Below are positions 1 through 9,770 of a DNA stretch of 64,000 nucleotides, piece by piece; position 1 is the stretch's first letter, and every line of letters starts with the position of its first letter. Under the pieces are notes generated by a model. The model did not search any database. It was not told the DNA's origin and worked only from the letters and a program-made list of their open reading frames with translations. The stretch comes from a virus: the IMG/VR virus record IMGVR_UViG_3300020056_000007; one strand, given 5' to 3'. The translations under genes and the position numbers were made by a program.

Positions 1-2
1 GA

Positions 3-323
3 GTTACTTCTGCTCGTTTTTCAATAGCAGGAATTAGTTGCTTTATTAGAAATAGACTTAAAACAAATATTTTAGAGATAGTATCAGTTGGTGGTGATAT
101 TATAAAAGATAATGTTGGTTATTATGAAGAAGGTAGTGGTATAGTTCAATTAGAAGGATTTAATCCATCTACAATTGATGGTGGTGGAGAACTAAAAGTT
201 TCAGTTGTTCCTGCCAATCAAAGTACTGTTGCACCATTACGTAATTATACTTTAAATTTTGATGAATCATTGAGTTCAGCAAGCGCTATCTTAGACTATC
301 AAGAATTACAGGTAACTCTCTAA
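3..323 (+). CDS. gp6: Baseplate wedge subunit gp6, C-terminal fragment (5' truncated by window edge)
   Basis: Open frame from position 3 (VTSARFSIAG...DNVGYYEEGSGIVQLEGFNP...VSVVPANQSTVAPLRNYTLNFD...LQVTL*). It resembles the C-terminus of T4-like gp6 and lies directly upstream of the gp7-like gene. Confidence 0.75.
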   Translation, partial: VTSARFSIAGISCFIRNRLKTNILEIVSVGGDIIKDNVGYYEEGSGIVQLEGFNPSTIDGGGELKVSVVPANQSTVAPLRNYTLNFDESLSSASAILDYQELQVTL

Positions 324-1343
324 ATGCCTCATACGCTTAAAAATACTGGAAGAAAAGATGAACTCTTTTTCAATCGTAAAGTTGATGAAGCTTTACCTGA
401 ACATATAAAAGAGAATCATCCAAAAATTGTAAGCTTCTTAAATGAATATTATAATTTTTTAGATTCTGATGGTGCTAAAGCATTTCAATCTGATATTCAT
501 AATATTCTTTCATTTAGAGATGTAGAAGAAATACCAAATGATTTATTAAATTTATTGGTATATGAAATTGGATCTAAATTAGAAAATGTAGATAAATTTA
601 ATGATGAAAGATTTGCTTTAGGAAGACTTCCATATTTTTATAGAGATAAAGGAACATTAAAAGGTACTGAAGAATTTTTTAAATTATTTTTTGGAACTGA
701 AGTTGAAGTTGAATATCCGAAGAAAGATATTTTTATTGTAGGTCAAGATGAAATTGGTCCTGATTATGAAAACTATATACAAAACTATGCAAGGTATCAA
801 ACATATTCTATTCTTTTAAAAATTGGTTTATCAGTTTCTCAGTATAGATCTCTGTATAAAAAGTTTGCACATCCAGCTGGTTGGTATTTTGAAGGATTGG
901 TTTCATTTGCAACTGAAGCTAATTTAAATCTATTTGCACAAGAAGCTTTGCAAGATTCAATCTTTGTATCTTCAATTACTGAAGTTTATCAACCATTGTT
1001 CCACCAATCACGTTATACGGGTTCTGTATCAATTGGGCAGGATGATGTAAGTTATGCAGAATTTGGCGGTACTATAAAGGTAAGAGATGGCAGAATTACT
1101 AATCAACCAGATCAAAAAGATTCAAGTGAAGATCATTATATTATGACTATTATTGATAAATATCAGAATGTCACTGCTGAGGAATTGGCAAGACATTATG
1201 TGGTTGGAGAAATAGGTCATCCAAATTCAAGAACATTTGATGAAGACTCTTCAGCTGATCCAGTAATGAGCTTCGATAATGATAAAGAAACATTAGATGA
1301 AGATATGTTTACAAGATATGACGAACAATATCACTATAGATGA
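324..1343 (+). CDS. Baseplate wedge initiator, short gp7-like protein
   Basis: LPEHIKENHPKIVSFLNEYYNFL, FYRDKGT...FFKLFFG and YQTYS...YKKFAHPAG motifs are typical of cyanomyovirus gp7 N- and C-terminal blocks; position between gp6 and gp9/gp8. Confidence 0.65.
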   Translation: MPHTLKNTGRKDELFFNRKVDEALPEHIKENHPKIVSFLNEYYNFLDSDGAKAFQSDIHNILSFRDVEEIPNDLLNLLVYEIGSKLENVDKFNDERFALGRLPYFYRDKGTLKGTEEFFKLFFGTEVEVEYPKKDIFIVGQDEIGPDYENYIQNYARYQTYSILLKIGLSVSQYRSLYKKFAHPAGWYFEGLVSFATEANLNLFAQEALQDSIFVSSITEVYQPLFHQSRYTGSVSIGQDDVSYAEFGGTIKVRDGRITNQPDQKDSSEDHYIMTIIDKYQNVTAEELARHYVVGEIGHPNSRTFDEDSSADPVMSFDNDKETLDEDMFTRYDEQYHYR

Positions 1344-1352
1344 TAATTTTTA

Positions 1353-1360
1353 TATAAATA
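1353..1360 (+). promoter_or_regulatory. T4-type late promoter TATAAATA
   Basis: Exact gp55 consensus in the intergenic gap upstream of the ATG at 1385. Confidence 0.85.
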
Positions 1361-1384
1361 GAATTAAATTTTCAAAGGTTTAAC

Positions 1385-2428
1385 ATGGCAAAGCAAGCAA
1401 TATCACTAGGCACTGTAGCCAACGATGGAACAGGAGATACATTAAGATCTGCTGGTTCTAAAGTAAATGCTAATTTTGATGAGATTTATACACAATTTGG
1501 AGATGGTAATGCATTAACAACTGGTTTACAATTTTCATCTAATGGTATTATTTTTGAAGGTTCAGTACCAGATAATAATGAAACTACTCTTACTGTTGAA
1601 AATCCAACAGCCGATAGAATTGCAACGCTTCCTGATCATACAGGAGCTATATTAGTTGATAGCGCAATTCAAACTATTGCAAATAAAAGAATTGTTAGAC
1701 CTGAAATAGATAGTGCTCAATTAAATGGTTTATTAATAAAAGATAGAGATTCTTCTCACGATTATAATATTATTTCTGGATCATTAACTTCAAATGTAAA
1801 TGTTACTTTACCAAATATTAGTACAGATGATCAATTTACATTTAATAATGCAACTCAGCAATTAAGTAATAAGACTTTATATAGACCTAGAGTTGAGCAA
1901 ATGATTTCCGATAGTGTCGGTGAACCATTGCTTGAATTTTTAAGAGTAGGCACGGCTAGTCATATTAGATTTACAAATGCAGATAATCCAGTTATCGAAG
2001 CCCAAACTACTCTTACAAATGCTCATTTAAATATCGATGCGGCTGGAACTGGATCGGTGGAAATAAGTAAAGTGGCACATGCCACATTAGAAATTTCTAC
2101 AGGTGGAGATACAGTAGGTGCACCAGTAACTTCTGGTAACAATGCCAACTTCCAACCAAGCGGACATATACGAGGAGATAAAGCTACATCACTTTATATT
2201 CAACAACATAATGGAACAATAAATGGTGAAACCAAAGTATATACTAATGGTGGATCAGGAAATATTGAAGTTGCGTTTCCAACCGCAAATAATTTTGCAC
2301 AAGGTACTTCTCTCACCATTCATCCAAATGGAGCAGCACAACTTATTTGGAGTGATGATAGATGGTTCATCATGGGTGGACTAGATAGTGACCATAATGG
2401 AAACAGATTATTGACTATTAACGCATAG
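1385..2428 (+). CDS. gp9: Baseplate wedge / tail fibre connector (gp9/gp10 N-terminal domain)
   Basis: N-terminal MAKQAISLGTVANDGTGDTLRSAGSKVNANFDEIY is the T4 gp9/gp10 signature. Confidence 0.7.
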   Translation: MAKQAISLGTVANDGTGDTLRSAGSKVNANFDEIYTQFGDGNALTTGLQFSSNGIIFEGSVPDNNETTLTVENPTADRIATLPDHTGAILVDSAIQTIANKRIVRPEIDSAQLNGLLIKDRDSSHDYNIISGSLTSNVNVTLPNISTDDQFTFNNATQQLSNKTLYRPRVEQMISDSVGEPLLEFLRVGTASHIRFTNADNPVIEAQTTLTNAHLNIDAAGTGSVEISKVAHATLEISTGGDTVGAPVTSGNNANFQPSGHIRGDKATSLYIQQHNGTINGETKVYTNGGSGNIEVAFPTANNFAQGTSLTIHPNGAAQLIWSDDRWFIMGGLDSDHNGNRLLTINA

Positions 2429-2437
2429 GATTAAAAA

Positions 2438-3895
2438 ATGCCAGCAGTATTAACAGATAAAATTAAAAGAAACATTTTGCAAGTAATGTACGATGAAGTG
2501 AATGACGTACTTGCAAATTACTTTATTTCTATTGGCCACGGTGAAGAATGGGTTACATCAGACGATACAGTTCCACCCAATACACCAATTAATTCTATTA
2601 AAGAAGAAAGAGATTTTAGACTAAGAGCGCAATCGGCAAAAAAAGTAGCAGATGTTTCTTTTGTAGTACCAAGATTTAATTGGACATCGGGTTCAATATA
2701 TTCACAATATGATGATAATAGAAGTATTACGCCTGGTATTTCAGGTGCAGCAAATATATATCCGTATTATATTTTAACAGATGAAAATCAAGTTTATATT
2801 TGTTTGAAACAACCAAGAGATGCCAATGGTGTAGCTTTAAGATCTACAGTACAACCAACAGGAACTTCAAATAAACCAAAAAAAGAAACTGATGGATATG
2901 TATGGAAATTTTTATATGCTATTGGTGGTGCAAAATCTTCAGCGTTTCTATCAGCAAACTTTATGCCTGTTGAATATGTTAAAACTGGACAAGCTGGATT
3001 AAACTCATTACAAGATCAACAAGCATTAATAAGAGATGCTGCTGTTCCAAAACAAGTTTTAGGTATTGAAATTATTGATCCTGGCGCAGGATATACTAGT
3101 GCTCCTACTGTTCAAATTATAGGAAATGGGGATAGTGTTGGTAGTAATCAATATACTCCTAAAGCTACAGCAACAGCAACAATTGATCCAAGTTCTGGTG
3201 GTTTCGTTACTAAAATTGAAATTGATTCTAGTTCAAATATTGGTAGTGTTTCTGATAGTGTGTTAGAAGCTGGTCGTAATTATGATTATGCCGATGTAAT
3301 TATTTCTGGTGGAGGTGCATCAAGAGATGCTACAGCTAGAGCAGTTCTTCATGGTAACGATTCAGGTGTAGGAGCAAATCCAGTATTTGATTTAAGATCT
3401 ACATCACTAATGTTTAATGTTAAAATTGAAGGTGGAGAAGCTGGCGCAGATGGATTTAGAGATTTTATAGTTGATGATAGAGATTACCGTCAAGTTGGAT
3501 TATTTAAAAATCTTAGAGATTTTGATGGAAATCTATATACAGAACTTAGTGGTAGAATGATGAAATCTTTTAGAGGTGTTAGAGCAGATGTCCAACAATT
3601 AAAAAATCTAACAGATCCAATTATTACTCAGAGCACAGGATTTACTGCTATTGTTGCAGATGTTGATAGTGATACGTGTTATTATTATCAAACGGATTCG
3701 ACTGGTTTTGTACCGATATCAAATGTTCAAATTGAAAACAGTTCTCAGAATTTTAATAATATTAGTCCTACTCATCTAATTGATAGTTCAGACATTAATC
3801 CTTTTTCTGGAGATTTATTATACGTAGAAAGTAGACCAGCAATTAAAAGACTTGATACTGAAACAAATGACATTAAAATCATCGTAAGTTTATAG
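2438..3895 (+). CDS. gp8: Baseplate wedge subunit gp8
   Basis: VVPRFNWTSG..Y..YDD, YYILTDENQVYICL, DGYVWKFLY and SGDLLYVESRPAIKR...IKIIVSL are gp8 motifs. Confidence 0.85.
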   Translation: MPAVLTDKIKRNILQVMYDEVNDVLANYFISIGHGEEWVTSDDTVPPNTPINSIKEERDFRLRAQSAKKVADVSFVVPRFNWTSGSIYSQYDDNRSITPGISGAANIYPYYILTDENQVYICLKQPRDANGVALRSTVQPTGTSNKPKKETDGYVWKFLYAIGGAKSSAFLSANFMPVEYVKTGQAGLNSLQDQQALIRDAAVPKQVLGIEIIDPGAGYTSAPTVQIIGNGDSVGSNQYTPKATATATIDPSSGGFVTKIEIDSSSNIGSVSDSVLEAGRNYDYADVIISGGGASRDATARAVLHGNDSGVGANPVFDLRSTSLMFNVKIEGGEAGADGFRDFIVDDRDYRQVGLFKNLRDFDGNLYTELSGRMMKSFRGVRADVQQLKNLTDPIITQSTGFTAIVADVDSDTCYYYQTDSTGFVPISNVQIENSSQNFNNISPTHLIDSSDINPFSGDLLYVESRPAIKRLDTETNDIKIIVSL

Positions 3896-3903
3896 GATAG
3901 AAT

Positions 3904-6900
3904 ATGGCACAACTCGTAAATAAAAATACTTTTTCATCAACTTATCGAGATGATTTTGCTGATAGTGATGGATACTATCGAATTCTTTTTAATAGTGGAA
4001 AGAAACTTCAAGCTCGTGAATTAACACAAATGCAAACCATTATTCAAAAGCAAATTGAAAGAATGGGAAATAATTTATTTGCAGATAATAGTGTTATTAA
4101 ACAAGCAGCAGCTCAAGTTGATAATAATTACCAGTTTATTAGATTAAATACTACTAATGAACCAATTAGTGATCCTCAAAGTTTAGTTGGTGCAATATAT
4201 ACAGGAGTTACTTCTCAGGTTGTATTTAGAGTTGATGAGGTTGTAGAAGCTGGAGTTAATCCTGTAACTGATCCATTAACCTTATATGGAACATATACTT
4301 CAACAGAAAATTCATCGCTAGCAACTGATCAACAAGCAGTTGCTCAACCTAATGAAGTAATGCAAGGAACAAACTTACCAAATATTAGAGTCGAAAATTC
4401 TGCGCAATCTACAGGATTTGGTTCTAGATTTTTATCCGATGGAGGAATTTATTATTCCAAAGGATTCTTTATATTTGCAGATAAACAAGAAAAAATAATT
4501 TCTAAATATACAAATACTCCAACGGTGGTAGTTGGTTTTAAAAGAATTGATGAAGTTGTAACAAGTGCAGATGATACTGCTTTATTTGATAATCAAGGGG
4601 CGTCACCTAATCTTACTGCTCCTGGTGCGGATAGATTTAGAATTAGATTAGAACTATCTCTTGAAAGTGAGATGGGCCCAACAGACACATTCATTAGAAA
4701 AGCAAAAGTTGTTAATGGAAAAATCGTAGCAACTTCTCCAGTTGGAAATGAATATAACAAACCTAGAGAATTTGTAGCACAAAGAATAAAAGAAAATTCT
4801 GGAGACTATATTGTAAAACCATTTAATTTAAGATACGCTGATGATTCAGATGATAATTTCTTACTAGCTCAAACTTCAAGTGGCGTTGCAGTAGTTAATG
4901 GTTATCGTGCTTCAGTGTATACTTCTGATACTCCTCCAAGAGTACGTAAAGCAAGATCCACTGTTAATATTGCAGATCAATTCGTACCAATTTCATTTGG
5001 TAACTTTTTTGAATTAGATTCTGTTCCAGCACAAATGCCAGATATAACTAATTCAGTTGGATTTGAAAAACAAAATGTTAGAGATGGAGCAGATTATGGT
5101 GGAGCTACAATTGGAACATGCTTTGTAAGATTTATTCAAGAAGACGGAGCTGGATATAGGGCTTATATAACAAACTTAGTTCTTAATTCTGGATCTGGAA
5201 TTGGCGACATAGGTAGTATTGGTACTGGTGCTAATGCATATTTTAATATTAATCAAAATTCAAGAGATAACGGACCATTTAATAATAGTGGAACTTTAAA
5301 TAGTTTAATTTTTCCTCTTCCAAATAGAAGACCAGAAAATATTACGAATGCTGATATAACGGTTCAAAGGCAATTTAGATTTACACCAACTGGTTCTACA
5401 TTTGATATTACAACTGATAATAGTACTGAAATATTTTTAAATGAAGGTGATTGGCTTATTACCGATTTAAATGGTGATATTCCTGGCGCAACAATTACAT
5501 TACAAAACGTAGATAAGACAGCAAGAATTGGTGGGCTTTCAGCTGGAGTTTCTGTAGCTGTAACAGCATTTGTTAGAAAAAGTAATGAAACTTCTAGGTC
5601 TAAAACAAAAACTTCTGCTAATAAAGTATTTAAAGTTATAACAGACGGTGTTACAAATCAGCAATTTATTAATTTACATAAACCAGATATTATTGAAGTT
5701 ACTCATATTGAAGATCCAAATGATAGTACACAGAGTTATTTAGGTAACTTTACCTTAGACGATGGTAGAAAAGATAATTTCTATGACAATGGTAGATTGT
5801 TTTTAACTGGAGCTCTTCCACCTAATGCAACCACTACTGGATTACGCATAAGATGGGATTATTTTCAACATGAACCAGGTAAAAGCTTTTTTAGTAAAAA
5901 TTCATATGATGGTGAAGTTGATTATAAAGACATTCCAACTCATACATTTCAAAATGGCGAGCAAATATTTTTAGCGGATGCTTTAGATTTTAGACCAACT
6001 GTTGATTCAGATGGTGATTTTGAAGTGGCTAATGGTGGATCTACAAACGAAATTCCCGATCCAGCCACTGTAATCGATTTAGATGTTTCTTATTATTTAC
6101 CAAGAATTGATAAAGTTATAATTGATCAAAATGGTAAGATTAGAGTTATTCCAGGTGCGTCCTCATTTGCACCAAGTCCTCCAGAAACACCTAAAGGTAC
6201 TATGGAATTATTTAAAGTTAAATATGATGCTAATACTCTCGACAATAATGATATAACTATTACTCGAATAGACCATAAAAGATATACTATGAGTCAAATT
6301 AATTTATTAGAAAAAAGACTTGGTCGATTAGAAGATGCAGTATCATTAAGTTTATTAGAAAATAAAGCAGCTGATATTGTTGAGTTTGATGCGAATGGAG
6401 ATCCTAGATTAAAAAGTGGATTTATAGTTGATAACTTTACAAGTCATGCTTTAACTGATAAAAATAATTCAAATTTAAGATCATCTATGGATTTTTCTTC
6501 TGGATTACTATTTCCTCAAAATATCGAACGGGTTATTGATTTAGAATATGATTCAGATACTAATAATCCATCTCCTGCGCTAAATGTAGCATTAAGAGGA
6601 GGATTCATTGTACCTAGATATGATACAGAATTATATATGGAAAATGAATACGCAAGTGATGCATTACAAGTAAATCCATTTCAAGTTAATAATTTCAATG
6701 GGACTATTCAGTTATCGCCATCTTCAGATAATTGGTATGAAACTCGTTTTCCTTTTGAGAAAGTAGTTAACTATCAAGGATCAGAAATTTTATCTGATGG
6801 TGCATATCAATGGAATAATCATGAATGGAATTGGCTTGGAAAAGATTTAGAATCTCTTCAAACTGGTGATAAAACTAATACTACAGCATCTACTTCTGGA

Positions 6901-7884
6901 AGAACCACTACTACTTCTTGGAATGTAGTGGAAAATATTTTTATTCAAGAAGACTTTGTTGAAAATAGATTAGTACGCACAGAATCAATTCCAAAAGTAA
7001 GAGCTAGACTAGTTAGGTTTAAAGCTACTGGATTAAGACCAAATGCTAAACACTATGCTTTCTTCGATAATGTTTCAGTGGATGCTTGGGTGAAAGAAGA
7101 AACATTTACAAGTACATGGCGTAATGATTTTGCTTATGATTCTGATTATGGTACAGAATACATTAATGCGACTGGACACCCTAGTGGAAGTCAACAATTA
7201 ACTTCCGATGAGTTCGGAGTTATTGAAGGATCATTCTTTATTCCAGCTACTTCAGCAATATCTTTCTTATGTGGAAATGTCAAGTTTGAATTAAAAGATG
7301 TAACTGGATCTGGAAATGAAAACTATTTATCACGAGCAGTTACTAATTATACCGCTGAAGGCACATTAAAACTTTATGAAGAAGTATGGACATCTACAAG
7401 GTATATTGAAATTGAAGGTGATCAATCTGTTTATACAGCCCCAGTAGTAACTAATAATTCTGGTGGAGGAGATGATGGATATAGTGGTGGTAATGATAAT
7501 TTCAGTTCTCCGGGATTAGACGCATTTGGTGGACCAGGTCCAAATGTTGGAGATGCAAATTCATGTGGAGGTAATGACGTATGTGTAATTGCTACACATG
7601 CTACGCAAAATAATGTAGAAGGATTTAGCTTAATGGATAAAGCTAAAGCTGAGATTTGGTGCGAAAAGAAATATCATGGAACATGGTATGGAGAAGCATT
7701 TAGACGCGGTTATAGGTACCTTGGAAATAGAGCGATTGAACGAGGTGAAGCGCATAAACATTATCAAGAGTTTAAAGACTTTGTAGCTTATGGTAGAGGT
7801 TTAAAGAAAGGGTTAAAACCTGCATTAAACTATTACTTTAGAACAGCGCAATTCTTTGCGATTGGTTTATTTACAAATGAATAG
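3904..7884 (+). CDS. VrlC/DUF4815-like virion structural protein, N-terminal part, with an appended C-terminal CVIATH domain
   Basis: YRDDF...YYRILF...LQARELTQMQT, APGADRF, SGDYIVKPF, YYLPRIDK, RYTMSQI..LEKRL..LE, KSGFIVDNF, VNPF and LSPSSDNW motifs. Confidence 0.8.
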   Translation: MAQLVNKNTFSSTYRDDFADSDGYYRILFNSGKKLQARELTQMQTIIQKQIERMGNNLFADNSVIKQAAAQVDNNYQFIRLNTTNEPISDPQSLVGAIYTGVTSQVVFRVDEVVEAGVNPVTDPLTLYGTYTSTENSSLATDQQAVAQPNEVMQGTNLPNIRVENSAQSTGFGSRFLSDGGIYYSKGFFIFADKQEKIISKYTNTPTVVVGFKRIDEVVTSADDTALFDNQGASPNLTAPGADRFRIRLELSLESEMGPTDTFIRKAKVVNGKIVATSPVGNEYNKPREFVAQRIKENSGDYIVKPFNLRYADDSDDNFLLAQTSSGVAVVNGYRASVYTSDTPPRVRKARSTVNIADQFVPISFGNFFELDSVPAQMPDITNSVGFEKQNVRDGADYGGATIGTCFVRFIQEDGAGYRAYITNLVLNSGSGIGDIGSIGTGANAYFNINQNSRDNGPFNNSGTLNSLIFPLPNRRPENITNADITVQRQFRFTPTGSTFDITTDNSTEIFLNEGDWLITDLNGDIPGATITLQNVDKTARIGGLSAGVSVAVTAFVRKSNETSRSKTKTSANKVFKVITDGVTNQQFINLHKPDIIEVTHIEDPNDSTQSYLGNFTLDDGRKDNFYDNGRLFLTGALPPNATTTGLRIRWDYFQHEPGKSFFSKNSYDGEVDYKDIPTHTFQNGEQIFLADALDFRPTVDSDGDFEVANGGSTNEIPDPATVIDLDVSYYLPRIDKVIIDQNGKIRVIPGASSFAPSPPETPKGTMELFKVKYDANTLDNNDITITRIDHKRYTMSQINLLEKRLGRLEDAVSLSLLENKAADIVEFDANGDPRLKSGFIVDNFTSHALTDKNNSNLRSSMDFSSGLLFPQNIERVIDLEYDSDTNNPSPALNVALRGGFIVPRYDTELYMENEYASDALQVNPFQVNNFNGTIQLSPSSDNWYETRFPFEKVVNYQGSEILSDGAYQWNNHEWNWLGKDLESLQTGDKTNTTASTSGRTTTTSWNVVENIFIQEDFVENRLVRTESIPKVRARLVRFKATGLRPNAKHYAFFDNVSVDAWVKEETFTSTWRNDFAYDSDYGTEYINATGHPSGSQQLTSDEFGVIEGSFFIPATSAISFLCGNVKFELKDVTGSGNENYLSRAVTNYTAEGTLKLYEEVWTSTRYIEIEGDQSVYTAPVVTNNSGGGDDGYSGGNDNFSSPGLDAFGGPGPNVGDANSCGGNDVCVIATHATQNNVEGFSLMDKAKAEIWCEKKYHGTWYGEAFRRGYRYLGNRAIERGEAHKHYQEFKDFVAYGRGLKKGLKPALNYYFRTAQFFAIGLFTNE

Positions 7885-7892
7885 GAGCAAAA

Positions 7893-9542
7893 ATGCCTGA
7901 AGTAAGTAGACAAAATACGAGCAGAATAGCTCAATCATTTTATGTAGATAAAAATAGTGGCATATTTATTACTGATATTGGATTATTTTTCAAGTCTGCA
8001 CCTGACACAACGGGTCAACCGGTATATGTAACCATTAGAGCTCTTGAAGGTGGGGTTCCTCATGGATACGTATATATTGCTAAAGCTGAGCAAAGTTATT
8101 CAAATATAAGTGCTTCTATTCCTAATCCTAATGCCACGAATGAAATAAAATTTACATTTGCGCATCCAGTTTATTTAGAGCCTTTTAAATATTATGCCTT
8201 TACAGTTGAAACTGGAAGTTCTGAATATGAATTATACTATGCAGAAATTTATGACCATGTTCTTAATTCTACTGAAAAATTGGTTGATAAAAATCCAGTA
8301 AGTGGATCTATTTTTTATTCTCAAAATGGTGTGACTTGGTCTGAAAATCAAAACCAAGATTTAAAATTCAAAATATATAAAGCTAATTGGGCAGCTTATT
8401 GGTCAGGGACACGAGCAAATGTATCTCTTCAAAATAAAGCCATATCTCAAGAAATTCTTCCTAATAACCCAATAACTACTGACGGTGCTACTACTGATAT
8501 TATCATATCGCATAAACATCATGGATTCCAAGAAGGTGATAAGGTAAATATTTCTGGAGTAACATCAAATTCTGGATATATTGGAGGAATTCATATTAAT
8601 AATATTAATGGACTTAGAACAATAAAATCCGGATCAGGCAACGTTGCTTCTCGTGATTGGCAAGGATATATTTTAGAAACTGGAAGTGGTACTGCAAACA
8701 CAACTTTGACAAATGAAATTGGGGGCGGGGCTAATGTTAAGGCTGATAGAAATTTTTTATATAGTACATTTGTTCCAAGTGTTAGTGTTTTAAAAACTCA
8801 TAATACTGCCAGTTTTTATGGCGTAAAAACTATGGCTGCAGGAAAAAATCCATATAATTCTGAAGCTGGTGCATACGTAAGAGACACTGCATACTCTCAA
8901 GTTATGCCAAATAAAACTATGTTTATGTTTAATAATCCAGGATTAATTGCTAGCACTGAAATGGAAGGTGATAATCCTGGTACTTCAATTCCAAATAATA
9001 AATCTTTTGATTTGAGAATAACACTTTCTTCTGAAGATCCAGCTAATGTTATGCCTTTTGTTGATTTAGAAAGAGCTAGCATTGCTACAATGTATGCAGC
9101 AGTTGATAATCCAAGTTTAACTGTTAATAGTAGCAGTGGTCAAAATATGGTAATAAATCCGATTGCTGAAACTTTACCAGAAGGTGGAACAACATTAGCT
9201 AAACACATTACTAAAATATTTCCACTTGAATCAAGCGCTATAGGACTTAGAGTAGCAGTTGCCGGAAACGTATTATCTGGTGGAAGTTTTGATCTTTATT
9301 ATAGAGTTGCTGAACTTGATACAAATATATCTACTCAAGCATGGGTATTGATTGCACCATCAAATAATCCAACAACTTCTGAAAAAAGAGGAGTGTTTAA
9401 AGATTATGAATATTTGATTGGTGGTCAATCTGGGTTTACTACACCATTTCAACAGTTTCAATTTAAAATTACAATGAAAGCAAATAATGCAATTAAAGCG
9501 CCTATTTTAAGGGAGTTCAGAGCAATAGCACTGAGTACATAA
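7893..9542 (+). CDS. VrlC/DUF4815-like virion protein, C-terminal part encoded as a separate gene
   Basis: IAQSFYV...GIFITDIGLFF (equivalent to DPLAQSF...VDLFF), GSIFYSQNG.TW...QDLKFKIYKA and terminal FQFKITM...PILREFRAIAL; own SD (GGAG). Confidence 0.75.
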   Translation: MPEVSRQNTSRIAQSFYVDKNSGIFITDIGLFFKSAPDTTGQPVYVTIRALEGGVPHGYVYIAKAEQSYSNISASIPNPNATNEIKFTFAHPVYLEPFKYYAFTVETGSSEYELYYAEIYDHVLNSTEKLVDKNPVSGSIFYSQNGVTWSENQNQDLKFKIYKANWAAYWSGTRANVSLQNKAISQEILPNNPITTDGATTDIIISHKHHGFQEGDKVNISGVTSNSGYIGGIHINNINGLRTIKSGSGNVASRDWQGYILETGSGTANTTLTNEIGGGANVKADRNFLYSTFVPSVSVLKTHNTASFYGVKTMAAGKNPYNSEAGAYVRDTAYSQVMPNKTMFMFNNPGLIASTEMEGDNPGTSIPNNKSFDLRITLSSEDPANVMPFVDLERASIATMYAAVDNPSLTVNSSSGQNMVINPIAETLPEGGTTLAKHITKIFPLESSAIGLRVAVAGNVLSGGSFDLYYRVAELDTNISTQAWVLIAPSNNPTTSEKRGVFKDYEYLIGGQSGFTTPFQQFQFKITMKANNAIKAPILREFRAIALST

Positions 9543-9545
9543 TTT

Positions 9546-9758
9546 ATGATTGACAATAAAAGACAAGTAGCTGGCAGGCCTGGTCTAGTAAAAAATGAAA
9601 ATACCGGTGTGTTTAACTATATAAATAGCAATGAAACAATTGAAAACATTCGAAAAGCAAAACAGAAAAAACTTGATCAGGAAAAAGATATTGAAAGCTT
9701 AAAAGAAGAAGTAACGGAGATAAAAGATATGCTCCAAAAAATTATGCAAAAACTATAG
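9546..9758 (+). CDS. Small conserved coiled-coil protein found after vrlC in T4-like marine phages
   Basis: V.GRPGLVKNENTG...IN motif followed by a heptad coiled coil (IESLKEEVTEIKDMLQKI). Confidence 0.65.
   Translation: MIDNKRQVAGRPGLVKNENTGVFNYINSNETIENIRKAKQKKLDQEKDIESLKEEVTEIKDMLQKIMQKL
9620..9627 (+). promoter_or_regulatory. T4-type late promoter TATAAATA, inside the small ORF and upstream of the fibre gene
   Basis: Exact consensus about 145 bp upstream of the ATG at 9771. Confidence 0.6.
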
Positions 9759-9770
9759 GTAAGAAAAAAG

